Source: Pelomyxa schiedti (Eukaryota; Protista; Evosea). From it: a stretch of 64,000 nt of DNA. Positions 1-12,544 of this stretch are shown here, piece by piece. Under the pieces are notes generated by a model. The model worked only from the letters and a program-made list of their open reading frames with translations. It was not told where the DNA came from and did not search any database. The position numbers and the translations under genes are program-made. The stretch is taken from the NCBI GenBank assembly GCA_020536535.1, contig JAHLWZ010000636.1, forward strand, positions 62,001 through 126,000, read 5' to 3'. The stretch's first letter is position 1, and the number at the start of each line of letters is the position of its first letter.

Positions 1-157
1 AATTGGAGAAAATCCAAGAACAACTTGACAACCTCAGTTGAACACTATCCATATCCAACCCAAGACTAAACAAAACCTGTACTTTTCACGTCTTGCGTTC
101 TACAAAGTTTCATCATCCAATTTACAAACAGTGAAGTTGGTTCTTTTACTTTGAAAA

Positions 158-3100
158 ATGATGAACCCACCAACCACCGACGTCGTTTCGGGCAACCAAC
201 AGACACCTCCTGTCCCACAATTCAGTGTGTTGGCAGCCCCACCACCCCCAATGAAACCCAAGACCCTTGGGCGGGGTTCATTGACAGCCAGAACGCACGG
301 CACGGCAGCTGCACCCTCCCACAATTCGAAACCGGGTGCTGTGGAACACGTCAGTATGTTCGTTGTGTCGTGACACTGAGAGCCTGACTTTTTGTGCCTA
401 TTTTGTTGTTGTGGGATGTGTGCAGCACACAAGAGGTGCAGAATCGGTCCTGAGAAGCTAGAATGGGGAAGTGCCGAATCTGTCACCAGTGGAAAATCGG
501 GTGCTCGTGACGTCATATTCGTCACAATGCCAAAGGGCACAGTGATGGTCAAAGAAGTTGTGGAAGATGATTGGGTGGGTACAGCTACCCCACTTTTATC
601 TTCTACATGTCACTCACACTTTTTCAAAAAATAAAAATTAAAAACCACAACCAACAAATAAAACAAGCACTTCATCTTGGCAACTCAGCTGGCACACAGG
701 ATAGGTGTCAAAGTACCAGCTGTCAATTTAGTGGAAACTTCTTGCAGTGGTTGTTCCTATTTTCTATCAAATGCCTAATTTACAACACGATATAGAATGG
801 AATGAAATAAGTTCAGTAGTGGAGTCTTTAGACACTACAAGAGCGTGAGATTCATTCATGTGCATTCTCGAAATTTCTTAACTAGATAGAGAAAAGCAAA
901 GGAGGCCATTCCTTGTAATGGAATTGGCACCTGGCCAGCCCCTTGATACACTGACAAAATCAAAGCTCTCTGAAGTGTTCAACACAGTCAACACTCTTCA
1001 AGTACTATCCAAAAATCAAACTATTTAATGCTGTGAAGATATCATCACCAGAAATGCTCCACTATGCAACACAGAAGAATACCTACTTGCGACAATTTGG
1101 GAATTTGATGTTCTTTGATGCACTGTGCAACTCTAACAGGCTTCCTCTCTTGAATGGCAGAGAGTGCCAGTTGGGGGCAATCTTCTATGATAACTCTGAC
1201 GGAATCTGGGGAATTAATGGTTTCCTTCAACCCTTACCCCTCAACAAGGTTTGTACCACCTTCTTCCTTTCTGTTATCCCATGTCCATTTTTATTTCATA
1301 ATACCGGATTCCACAGCAACCGGACTATATTTCACAGTTATCTGAAACCCTCGGGGCCATGTCTAAGCATCCACAACGCTTGTGTGTAGAAATTGCTTCC
1401 ATGAAAGAGTTCCTGGGCGTGGAAATTGGCCTATCATCTCCAGTGGAATCATTTATTCAAGTTCAATTTGGAGTCATGGAGGCATTTGTCCGAGCTTGCG
1501 AATTGTACACGTCCTTCACTGATATTTTCGAGCAGATACAAGTGCAAGTAGTAACATGCAAATGTCTCCCACATAACAGTTCCCAAAGGCATCCCCCGAG
1601 TTTAACCAAAGTCTGAAGCTTGTCTGTATACCTTTCATACAAAATGCCTTGAATATCTGCCACGTCCACTATGACCAAGCAGTTGGAGTTTTGAAACATG
1701 TTAAGTTACTTATAATTTTCTTTCTTTTAAAATTGGCAGTGGCCCGCAGAGAGTGTCTGTATTGCAGAACACCCAACCTCAAGTACACGAACGGATGTAA
1801 AAATTCTGGTTATGCAAGAACGCTATGGTGGAGAAGATACTGCAGAAGTCTTGGATGAGCTGCTTTCTTCTTCCGACAAGTGTCATTGTGACATGTTAGT
1901 GCTGTTTTAATTTGTGCACAGTGCAGATAGAAAAACTGACATGGTCATTTTCCCTGAGCTCTGGCTTTGGAGTCATAGTGGTGGAATATCAGTGAAGCAA
2001 AAAGGCATTGCACAATTTGTACCAGTGGCAATCAAGTGTGTCTCTTTGTCCCCTCTTTCCATTCTTTTCACACTGTTTTCAAGGCATGCAGTCTTTATCG
2101 TTCTTGGAACGATGGAAGAGGTGGTTGTTGGTGGGGCACGGTATATCACATCTGTGATGCTGGGACCTGACGGCCAAATTGCAGGGTCGTACAGAAAACA
2201 AAGGCTCACGACTCTTTCACATGAACCAGGCACTGTTCCTGGAGTAAGCAATTATTGTTCTCTGTAAAACTGTTCATCATGTTTCCCAGGTCTTCACCAC
2301 ACCCTTTGGCAAAGTGGCCATTCTTATTTGCTTTGATGTCGAGAATGAAGATGTATTCAATGCCACAATGGCACTTGACCCTTTGTTGATACTAAACCCG
2401 GTCTTCATTCCATCACCCGACCCGCGATATTCTACACCAGCGGCACTTTGCAAATGGGCTGGTGAGTCGTGAATATTTCCTGTGGGACTCCCTTTTCATT
2501 TTCTGCTTTTAGTGGCAAGAGATTCAATGAGACGGAAATTTGAAGCCACAATGGGTGAAAAAATGACTCACCTTATTCGGTGTGACATGCCTTCCTCCCA
2601 CGGTATCTCAAGCAGTCTACCAGCTCTTTTGCTGTAGCCAACCACTCCCAGGGGCATTTGGCTCCAGTCAGTACATTGGACCTTATCACACAACAATGGC
2701 TCCATCACCCCTTGATTGCCACTTTTATGTGCATGCTGACACAACGATACAAAACTTCTGGAAAGGTTCTTCAATTCCACCTCATGGCCGCACTGCCAAA
2801 GTGAGAGTTATAATCACTCCGGTTAATTTACATTAATCACGCATGTTCAGGAAGACAACACGGGCAACCGTTACCTCTGCAGATTGCTGCAGGCACCAAC
2901 GGCCTCCCGAACACTTGCGATTTGTGGAAAAACCCTGGCCATAGTAACTGCTGACTCAAGTGCAGTGATGTATGTCGCCTTTCAGAAAATAGCGTCTCTC
3001 ATGATGTGGTGACAGGTTGTGGAGCACGGTTATAGCTCACAGTGTTGCTCAAGTTATTCCCCCAAGTTCGGGGGTGCATGTCTCGTGCATGTGCTTCATT

Positions 3101-4391
3101 CCACGAGTGCAGGTGCTGGTAGTATGCTGGGACAACCGAACTCTCAGCACAATACATATTACAATGGCAACCAACTCAGCTTCAGTTCAAACAAACCTTC
3201 TTGGAACTGCTCCCATGCCCGCTCTTGCTTGCTCTTGTGTAGTGCAAAATCCAAAATGTTTTTAAAAATGTCTGACATACCAATGACAGATACCTTTGGA
3301 GGAGACCAGATTTGTCGTAGGTACAGAGAATTATTTTTGCCCTCAATAAAACTGAACTTCACAGGCCATCTGGATGGAACGCTTTCTGCTTGGAAGATTG
3401 ATCCCTTTCTTGTGGTCTCTGTCTCACCCCATAACAGTGAAATTGTAGCTACTGTCAAGGTTGTCCTTCACTTTTGATTTCTGAAGATAACAAAGTTCAC
3501 AAGATTGATCGGGGAGGGTTATGTGTGATTTGGAAAGATGGGAGTGTTGGATTATTTTCCATTGAGAACGCTTCACTTCAAGTAAATTTTTCCGAATTTG
3601 GTTGTACTCCTTAAAAAAAAATAAACAGATCATTCAGTTACAACATCTTGATTTGCCCAGCTCCATAACAGCGGTTACCTGGAGTGATTCCAGACACCTC
3701 CTTCTTATTGGAACCTCCGCCGGGACTATCACTTTGGTTTCCACACAGCCGACTGTTCTTTTTGCAGAAGTGCAAATAGGTCATTTCACAATCACTGGCC
3801 TTATTGCGGTTTTTTTCCATTTTTTTCCCTTTTCCTTTTAACTTCGGCACACAGGTCCCTAACAGTGACTTTGTTGTTGTTAGTAACAACACCCGATACC
3901 ACAACCTGTACGGGATTGACCTGATGGAGCTGCAACAGAACCGCAGGGCCGAAGTCCAACACTTCTTCCCAAGCCACACTGCCCCAATCACATGCCTCAC
4001 CTCAGATACAAATTGTATCTGCAGTATGGACCAGACTGGCCTCACACAGATTCTGGAGTTCACACAAAACCAAGTCCCAACAGGAATCGCTACAACGCTT
4101 TGTTGTGGCCAAAAATGTAAGGGTGCTCCTTGTGAAAACCTTTTCTGAATCTTTTTTGGGTTATTAAAAATGAGGATGGAAAGCACCACGTTAGAGCAAA
4201 AAAGGGCCTGGTTCCAAAAAACTGGAAATCTTTTGATCTTTCCTTGTTTCTCTCAAGGGCACCTCAACCAGGCTGCTTGTGTGCCTTCTCTGGGTCTCTG
4301 CCTGCTCCACAACTGTTTTGCTTTGTTGAAGGAGCTGATTACATGGTGGTTGTGGTTTTCCTCACAGAGATGGAAACTAGTGGCTGATTAA
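158..4391 (+). CDS. Multi-exon protein: actin-fragmin-kinase-like (probable pseudokinase) domain + carbon-nitrogen hydrolase (nitrilase) domain + WD40-like repeats
   Basis: Spliced reading gives LEWGSAESVTSGKSGARDVIFVTMPKGTVMVK, ATQLAHRIGVKVPAV, PFLVMELAPG and LRQFGNLMFFDALCNSNRLP (AFK-like). It continues into VIFPE, YRKQ and ILICFD (nitrilase E-K-C triad), then SSITAVTWSD and SHTAPITCL (WD40-like). Start and stop are inferred. Confidence 0.65.
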
Positions 4392-4470
4392 ATAATCAAC
4401 AGACCGGAACGCTGTACTTTTCGTTGTCGTCGCTCAGGATCGGCGGTCTGGTGTTTTTTGAATCCAGCCA
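4381..4470. mobile_element. Short imperfect-palindromic MITE-like element, copy A
   Basis: TGGCTG...CAGCCA termini, inner CAGACCG/CGGTCTG inverted pair, AG on both flanks. Homologous to 51818-51894 and 54130-54214. Confidence 0.5.
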
Positions 4471-4491
4471 AGTTCCTTCCAAAGAAAAATC

Positions 4492-6541
4492 ATGAAGTGC
4501 GCTGCCTACAGCTATGCTCTCGGTTTTGAGTCGCGAGGGATGTCGGCAACAGCTATATCAATGAGATGGAACCTAGACACACTTCTGTGTGAGTACGTTA
4601 AAAAACCACGATTATAGCAGCTGGTTTTTGTCTCTTTACATGTCTTACAGTTGTTGGAGGAAGCCGCAGGGGTGTCTCGGGCACCGATTCCACTGTGCGG
4701 CTTTTCGACACAACGTCGCATAAGGTGTCAAAAGTGTGCAGCACGGTGGACGTCACTCGACCTTTGGATGCAGTGGAATCCTGTATGTGAATGCCATTAG
4801 TCCCAACAAAATATTAAACCACTGAAATGCCATACCTCTCGTAAAATGCACCATGTGAAATAATACTCAGGTAGGTGTCTACATGCCAAAAGAAAACCAA
4901 GTGTATATGATCGGTCGCCTGCCCTGTGGGGCCATATCATTGGACATTGCAACGGGTGCAATTAATAAACTCGAAATTTCTGGACATCCACCGCCCATAA
5001 CACACGGCTGTGCAGGTAATTTTTCTTTTATTTTCTCCTCTTCTTATACTGCGCAGTCACAGTTCTCTCTGACCATGAGATCGCTGTCTTTGGCGGAATA
5101 AACGACTCCACCAACACACTTTCAAATGACTTTCATGTGTTGAATACTCAAATCATGGTAACGTAGGAGGCATTCGTATCGAAGCATGATAAATTATACA
5201 GGAATGGAAAAACTACATCCTTCCAGATCCCCCACTTCCACGATACAAAGCAGCCTCTGTTCTTGTGAATGACTTCCACCTTCTTATCCATGGTGGCAGG
5301 TGTTTTTTATGAACAGATCACTTTTTTTTTATGTGTCCACTAAGTCTTTTTCAGGCAAACCACTGCTGACTCGGTGGCGTCGATGCTTGCTCATTCAATT
5401 GAATGGAGATTTCCCTCAAGGTGGAACCCGGTTCCCGAAAGTGTGAGTGCGCATAGCCGAGCTGGTCATTCAATAACTAGTGTCGGCGGAGTACCTGTAA
5501 TGTTTGGGGGATGGGCCGGTACTGTCCAAGACGAAAGGTGCGAGTAGCGAATTTTTCCCTATTTTTCCTACTTTTTTTTAGAGAATGGGGTGCACTTGGC
5601 GATGTCCGAGCACTACAAGACTTCAATTCTGATACACTAGCGAGATGGGAGCAAGTGAACATAGTTGGAACCGTGATACCACCTCGTGACTGTCATGCCG
5701 CGGCAGTACTTCCATTTCTTCACTTCCTTTGCCCTAATGTGGGACTTCCTTTTAGGCCAGTTCTGACTCCTTGTGGATAAGCTGTGGAGTTGGTCCGACA
5801 TTTGAATACTGGCAAGACATTAACAGAATTTGCCTCAGGAGATACGTAGCTGTTCCCCCCTTAAGTGTACTGGCAGGAGGGACCCTTGTACAAACCCTGA
5901 CTAAGACCACTGCCAGCAAGAAGCTCGTTCATGCCCTAAAATACAAGAAAGAAGAATGGGATGAACGGCAGAAAGCTCAAGTATTACAAGAAGAAGAATT
6001 GCACAAAATGATTACCACTGTTATGGAGGAGCGAAATATGGTGTTGATCAAAAGGGGAGTCAGAGAACTGCAGGAAGAGCATCCACCCGGAGCACACACC
6101 ATGGCAGCTGAGGGGGTGAACAGACCGAGAAGTACCTCTGCGTTGGAGATAAGGTGTGGTTGCCTTGGGGTATTCTTAGGAAGAATCTTTCCTCCGCAAA
6201 CACCTGAGGAGCTACTTCTTGGGGAAGAAGAAAAGCTCCGAGAATTGCGTGAAAGATGTGAAAACATCAAAGCACTGCACACTCAACAACTAACAGAGCT
6301 CAAAGAGTGGGAAACACGGCACACACAACAAGAGGCATCTATGATCACCACTGTGCTACGAAAAATCCTCTCGGATATGTTTCCCAACAGAAATATCTCA
6401 GAGGCATTGATTGAAACTCTGGAATTCGAATGGCGAGACCAAATATTGTACCCCCCCATACCCGAATCACATACCACAACCGATCCCAGTGTTGTATCCA
6501 ACCAACAGAACGACCACCCCACAGCACCACACCACACTTAA
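4492..6541 (+). CDS. Kelch-repeat protein with C-terminal coiled coil
   Basis: Kelch-type segments VVGG, IAVFGG, ILIHGG, PPRDCHAAAV and LWISCG; E/K/Q-rich helical tail in ORF 5771-6541. Confidence 0.65.
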
Positions 6542-6947
6542 GACACATTGCATACCTTTCACCTTCACACCTTCCTCATGATTTCCAGCTTGTGCATATT
6601 ATGTAACAGTCTATTCTCCCAAGTTCATTCACATTACCTGGTACATCACCAACAATTTTTCTGCTTCCCCACGCATTGTGACAATAACACCCTAGGAGCA
6701 CGTTTCAGTATTTTTTTTGTTTTGTCATCTTGAAGTTCCTCGTTTAGTCTCTCGTGGAGGGACACACCAAATTTCCGGTACTGCAACGACGATTCAGCTA
6801 AAAAAAACCAAAAGGGAAAAAAAAAGGGGTGTGACACAGCGCAGCAACACAAGGCACATCGTTGAACACAGCGACTTTTCTTCACCTTCCATCTTCATCT
6901 TGTTGTTGAGTTGCACGCACACACACAAACAAAAACCCCATCATCGA

Positions 6948-9900
6948 ATGTCGGTGACATCGTGGCTCGGGGGACTTCGCCGTATCGCCGTCGCGCCGCC
7001 GCAGAAGCCCCAAAAGGATGACCCCTCCTCCTCCGCCGCCGCGGCGACGGCGGCGCAGTCGCAGCAGCAGCAGCAGATAACGATGACGGCGACGTCGGCG
7101 ACCAACACGCCGCTGCCGGCGTCGCTGGGGGTGCCGGGGGCGTCGTCGGCGCCGACGCGGTCGCGCTCCAGCTCCTTCCGCGCCGTCCTGTTCCCCTCGC
7201 CGCGCCCGGGGACCCCGATCGAGGCGCCGCCCGCGCACCCGCACCCAGAGTCGCTCACCAACCCACAGGGCGGCAAGGACAAGGACAAGGACAAGGACTC
7301 GCTGTCCTCGTCGTCGCCGTCGACGTCGTTCACTTCCACGTCGTCGACGTCGGCGCCCAACTCGCCCGCGTCGGTTGCGATGCCGGCGCCGACGTCGGTG
7401 CCCATGCCGATCCCGACGAGCTCGTCGTTCACGTTTTCGTCGTCTTCGTCTTCTTCTTCTTCTTCTTCTTCTTCTGCTTCTGGGTCTGTTTCGGGATCTG
7501 TTGCTACTAGCACTGCCTCGGGAACCAGCGTGGATTCTTCTCACCACACTCCGCCGCAGTCTCCGAATCCCAGTTCGCAGAACGTGGCTTGCCCGATTCC
7601 GGTTTCTCCTCAGGGTTCATTGTCATCTTCTCTGCCGGCTTTGATTGGAATGTTGGGTGCTGGCCTGGGAACGCGTAAATCGGCTTCACAGTGCCAAGGT
7701 TTCCTTTGTCATTGAGCTGTCTGGTGTTTTCACTCTTCACTAGAAATTCCTATAAATGAGGATACTACCACATTTGTGAATGAGCTTCTGGAGCGCCCTG
7801 AGACCTTTGTTCACTTCCCTATTGAAAAGGGACAAGTCTTCACTTTGATGCCTGAGGAGGAAGATCATGCACGTAGGATCATGCAGGCGTGCCCAAAATT
7901 CGCCAAACTGAGGCTGGACTTGTGCAAAACAAAAAACCAATTGTATTATGATACACTCCAACAATCTTAATTAACATTTCTAGATCAGAAGAACAATTTT
8001 GGACTGTCTATTTCCGCCTTATCCGTCAGCAATTCAAGCTACCTCCTCATGGTATTCTAAACGTTTGGTCTTTTTTAAATCAGTACCTTGCATCCATATT
8101 AATATTTACTTTCTTTTTAGAGGAACCACCCGCACCTGTTGCTGTGGAAGTTCCAACAATAGCCTCCCCACCCATCAAAGAACAAGAACCCACACCAGTA
8201 CCATCTTCTCCCTCTATTGGGGCACTGAATTCAGCCAGAACCAGTGGGTCCAATAAATCTGAGCCCGCCTTGTTGACAAAACACCAACGCATCAAGGTAC
8301 TCTCATTCAAAAAGAATTTATTCTTATCTGGTCATAAGAATCGCGTCCAAGCTATTGGTGAACTTCTTTCTCTTTGTGAATTGGCATCCCCCGAATTAAA
8401 AGAAGAGTTAAGTCAAGGTACAATATCTCATGAAGAGAAAGTCATCTAATAAAATTAAGGAATTGTTCACAGAGAAAAGGTATTTTTCTTGGTAATCCTT
8501 TTTTTGGTACCCAATACTCCCATAAGGCATGGGTGTTCATGACCGGTTGTGCGCTTTATATGATCTATGACCCCGATTTATTCTATGACGCACTCAATGC
8601 TGCCTTTGGTCAGCCAATGATGAATAAGGAATTAGAGGATATCTGTTTCAGTAAAGACTTCAAGTAAAGAGCCAACGTCCCGTTATTCAACAAGAAATGA
8701 CTAACGAATCCATTTACAAAGAATAGAGGAACACAAACTGGAGGAGCACGCCGTTCTTGCTCTCAAGAATATCTCACACCTCATTTCCCTTCATTACCAA
8801 ACTGATGATGCATACCTCCCGTTCATTCCCGATTTGATATCAATTCTGCTCAATGTCTTGCCAGTATGCAGTTCCCTGCCCTCCATTGAGCTTACATTTT
8901 TTCGCGAAGGTGGAGCAAAGTTTTGTCATTGTACATCTTGTTCTATACAAACCTTCATACTACCTCCCAACTGATCGAGCTGGACACAGACAACTCATGA
9001 ACAAGTTTGTTGATCTCATCCAGAAGCACGTTCCTGCAGTTTATAACAGTAAGTCAAAAATTTCGTATTATTCTCTCAATTTTCCCTCAAAAGCTATGGA
9101 ACAACTGGAAGTTGATGTAAGGGAGTTTGCTGATGTTTGGTTCGAAAAGCTCTTTGTTGGAACCCTCCCATACGATACTGTAATTAGAGTAATGGACATG
9201 TATCTTGACTTCTCTTCTACTGTTCATTCATTCTTCCGTTTAAAGGTTCCTTGTTGAAGGAAATTGCATACTCCATGAAGTTGGGCTCGCACTTCTACAA
9301 TATGCTTCTGATGTATTAGTTGCAGATACATCCCCGATTGAGTTTATTTCTCACATTAGAACCCTTGTATATGATATCGACGAGCACACATTGTTTCAGG
9401 TAATTGTAAGAAGACCTTTATCGTGTTTCACGTTTTCCATACAGAAAGCCCGATCCTACAATGTCATTAGTTGTGAGACACCATCTGAAGACAAAACTGT
9501 ACCTGATTGGTTTCTGGTCAACGAAAAAATTACACTCCAAACCACAGAGCTCTTCCTGGATTCCTTTGCAATGATTAATCCGTCAGCCATTGTATCTGAT
9601 GCGCAGGTGCCTAGTCAAATTCATTTTTTTTACTATCCCCAACACAACTTAGTTTGACACCATTTGGAAATGGCTTCCACCACACGTTAGAGTCATGGAG
9701 CCCACCCTCCTTTATGCAACAAAGACGGTTTCAGAACTTTTCTCTTACCTCATGATACTAACACCTGAACAGGAAGGTTTCAGTTTGAGCAGACTGTACC
9801 AGCTTTGCACATCATCCCCATTAATCTTAATCATTCAAACTAGGGAAAAAAATGTAAGTGTAATTTCCACTACTTCCCACAGTAAGAGAAACAAACAAGA

Positions 9901-10340
9901 TCTTTGGTGCCTATATTGCCGATGAACTTTATATACACCCAGAACATTTTATTGGCTCTGGTGAGACATTCCTCTTCACACTTTCACCAAATGCCACAAA
10001 ATTCTCTTGGACCAGAGAAAACAATTACATTCTTCTGGTGGAGCATAACCAATTGGCCCTAGGGAGTGGGTATGTCTTTTCTCCTTTTCATTCGCTACTC
10101 TCTTCCCTGTGGATTTTTCCTTTTTCCTTTTGCTTGCTACACATACTCCACCCACCAGCAACAGACTAATGATTCCTATCACCAACAAACAAAAGAGGGG
10201 GCAAAGGATTTGGATTGCAAATAGATGAAGAACTGCACTGGGGAACAACAACCACATGTGACACGTTTGGTAATCAGCCACTCAATGCTGGGCACACTGA
10301 GTTTGAATGCATTGAACTCGAAGTTATTGGTGTAAATTAA
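6948..10340 (+). CDS. BSD + Rab-GAP TBC + TLDc domain protein (TBC1D24-like) with Ser-rich N-terminus
   Basis: CPKFAKLRLDLC..EEQFWTVYFRLI (BSD); WFEKLFVGTLPYDTVIRVMDMY (TBC); EGFSLSRLY, FIGSGETFLF and CDTFGNQPL..FECIELEV (TLDc). Confidence 0.8.
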
Positions 10341-10371
10341 AAACGAATTCCCTTTGTGTGATAGCTCTATA

Positions 10372-10402
<31 letters not shown>

Positions 10403-10449
10403 CAAAAAAAACCAAACTGATTGTGGCGGTTTTTTTACCTCTGTAAAAA

Positions 10450-12099
10450 ATGGCTCTGTGGAGACTAGTCTTTGGGGTTGTGTGTATTGGAATAGCACTG
10501 AGAGGAAGTTGTGACATGAGTCTCCACATCCTAAGTCTGGCTGATCAATATGGTGCTTATTGTCTTGACGGTGTGTTCAATACTTTAGCTTTTCCCCCTT
10601 TTCGGGTCTGTATTAATAATGGGAATAATGAAATATCATTGACAGGGAGCCCTGGGGCAATGTGGGTAAAAACAAACACAGCAAGCACCAAGTGGCTGCT
10701 AATGTTACAAAGTAAACTTTTCCTTTCTAAATACCGCTTGATAACATGGAACCATCCAGGTGGAGGATGGTGCTACGAGGAAGCGGATTGCCTTGCCAGA
10801 TCACTAACAAGCCTTGGCTCGTCTGATCTGATGGGAACCACGGCGAGTGTAAGTGGTATTATGTCAGAGGATTCTACAGTGAATCCAGATTTTTACAACT
10901 GGAATCACGTTTACTTTGCATACTGCGATGGAGCAAGTTTTGCTGGGCAAAGGGCTGACACTATTACATATGAAGGAAGCCAACTTGTATGTGTAACTCC
11001 TTGCAATTATAATATATTAGTTCTGTGATAACTATAAAAGCTCTTCGCACTTCAAACTACACTCTCATGGCTTGTTCTGTATGAAGTCTAGTTCTTCCGA
11101 GGCAGAAATATTTTAGATGCTTCCTTTGCAGAACTATCCAAGAAGTTCCAGTTTTCTACTGCCACTGATGTCTTTTTCACTGGGAGCTCAGCTGGAGGTA
11201 TGGTAAATTTGGTGTATATTCCACTTAGACCCCCAAGGACTCGGATTGTTAATGCATGCAGATTACGTTAAAAGTATTCTCCCGAAAACTGTGACCACAT
11301 ACAAAACAGCAGATCTGTCTGGGTTCTTCTTAAATCACAACAATGTTGAGGTATGTAGCTGGATTACATTCTGTTTCTTATCACATCACCAAACAGGAAA
11401 AAGCCGTTTACCCAGATCAAATGAAATATGTATGGAGCATGCAAAATCTCTCCGCCTCGGCAAATCCCAGCTGCCTCTCCTCTAAGTCCCCTGAAAACCA
11501 ATGGCTGTGTGCATTTGCAGCAGAAAACTACCCGTTTGTCGAAGCCCCGATTTTTGTTTCGAATTCTGTGTGTAAAATTCATTGTACCTTCCCTCCTAAT
11601 CACCAACGTACAGGCCATTGACTGGTGGCAAGTAACATGCATCCTAACAGCTGAGCCAGTGCCCCTAAATAGCCCTAGCAATGGCAACTGTTCTGCTGCT
11701 CCGGGATGGAATTCCTGCTCAAACCACCTTCTCTCTTGCACACCCGATCAAGTTCAAGTCTACATGGACTATGGAGACACATTTCTACAAACAATCAATT
11801 CTACCTATGTGTTCACCAAAGACGGAAATGGTGCCTTCATATCCAGTTGCTTTACTCACGGTTACGAGATATACACCTATTCCTGGCAGTCTGTGTGCTT
11901 TACCTTCACTAATCTATCCTACCACCACCCACAAGAAACACAGGTAACAATAGATGGAGTGACAATGAGGGATGCATTTAGCAAATGGTGGTACTCAGAA
12001 TCAACGACACCAGCATCACAAAATACACACCTACCTTGTACCTACAGCCTATCTGATCCCCCAAATTACCAATGCAACCCAACCTGCAAGGATCAATGA
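10450..12099 (+). CDS. Secreted pectin acetylesterase / Notum-family hydrolase
   Basis: Signal peptide; CLDG, GGWC, NPDFYNWNHV, YCDGASF, GSSAGG nucleophile elbow, SCFTH and C-terminal CNPTC. Confidence 0.9.
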
Positions 12100-12544
12100 G
12101 TATGCATGATAGGGAGACGAATAGGTTTCTTGTTCGTCGAAGATCTAGGATCCTCTGTACACGTAACTGCTTTTGTGTAGCCAAGGCCTTTTTTTGGCTA
12201 TTTGGCGGAATAAAAAAAAAAACGTCATTGTGGATTGGGTTTGGATAGTGACCACCACACTGTGAGGTGTGTTGGGAAAAAGAAGCCTCTAGAATCAGTT
12301 CTAGGTGTCACCTGAATCTCCCTCAGGGGATCAGATTCGCGGTCGTTTTCCCGGAAATCCATCATAACAAAATCGAACATGGCTCTTGTATTTCGTTGTT
12401 TTTATTTTTCATTTAGAAGGCCGCTTTTTTTTTTCAGAGTCGGATTTTCGGGGGCTACTCTACCTGCAGGTAAAATTGAAAAGCCTGAGAAATGTTGTTC
12501 GAACAGAACAGCTCACACTTTCATTTATGTTTTTTGGTGAAGGG

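Noticed and set aside
3-41. Possible 3' end of an upstream gene (LEKIQEQLDNLS*)
   Set aside because: Too short to support.
100-1699. Minus-strand ORFs 100-552, 1045-1230 and 1463-1699 as genes
   Set aside because: They are antisense shadows of the + strand AFK-like exons.
4400-4450. Hammerhead ribozyme on the minus strand of the repeated element (CTGAGCGA...CGAAA)
   Set aside because: The core is not CUGANGA, stem II cannot form, and the motif is deleted in copy B.
6882-7547. Arg-rich or acidic antisense ORFs (also 25825-26769, 33101-33925, 42554-43222, 56038-56631)
   Set aside because: By-products of GC-rich low-complexity coding sequence on the opposite strand.
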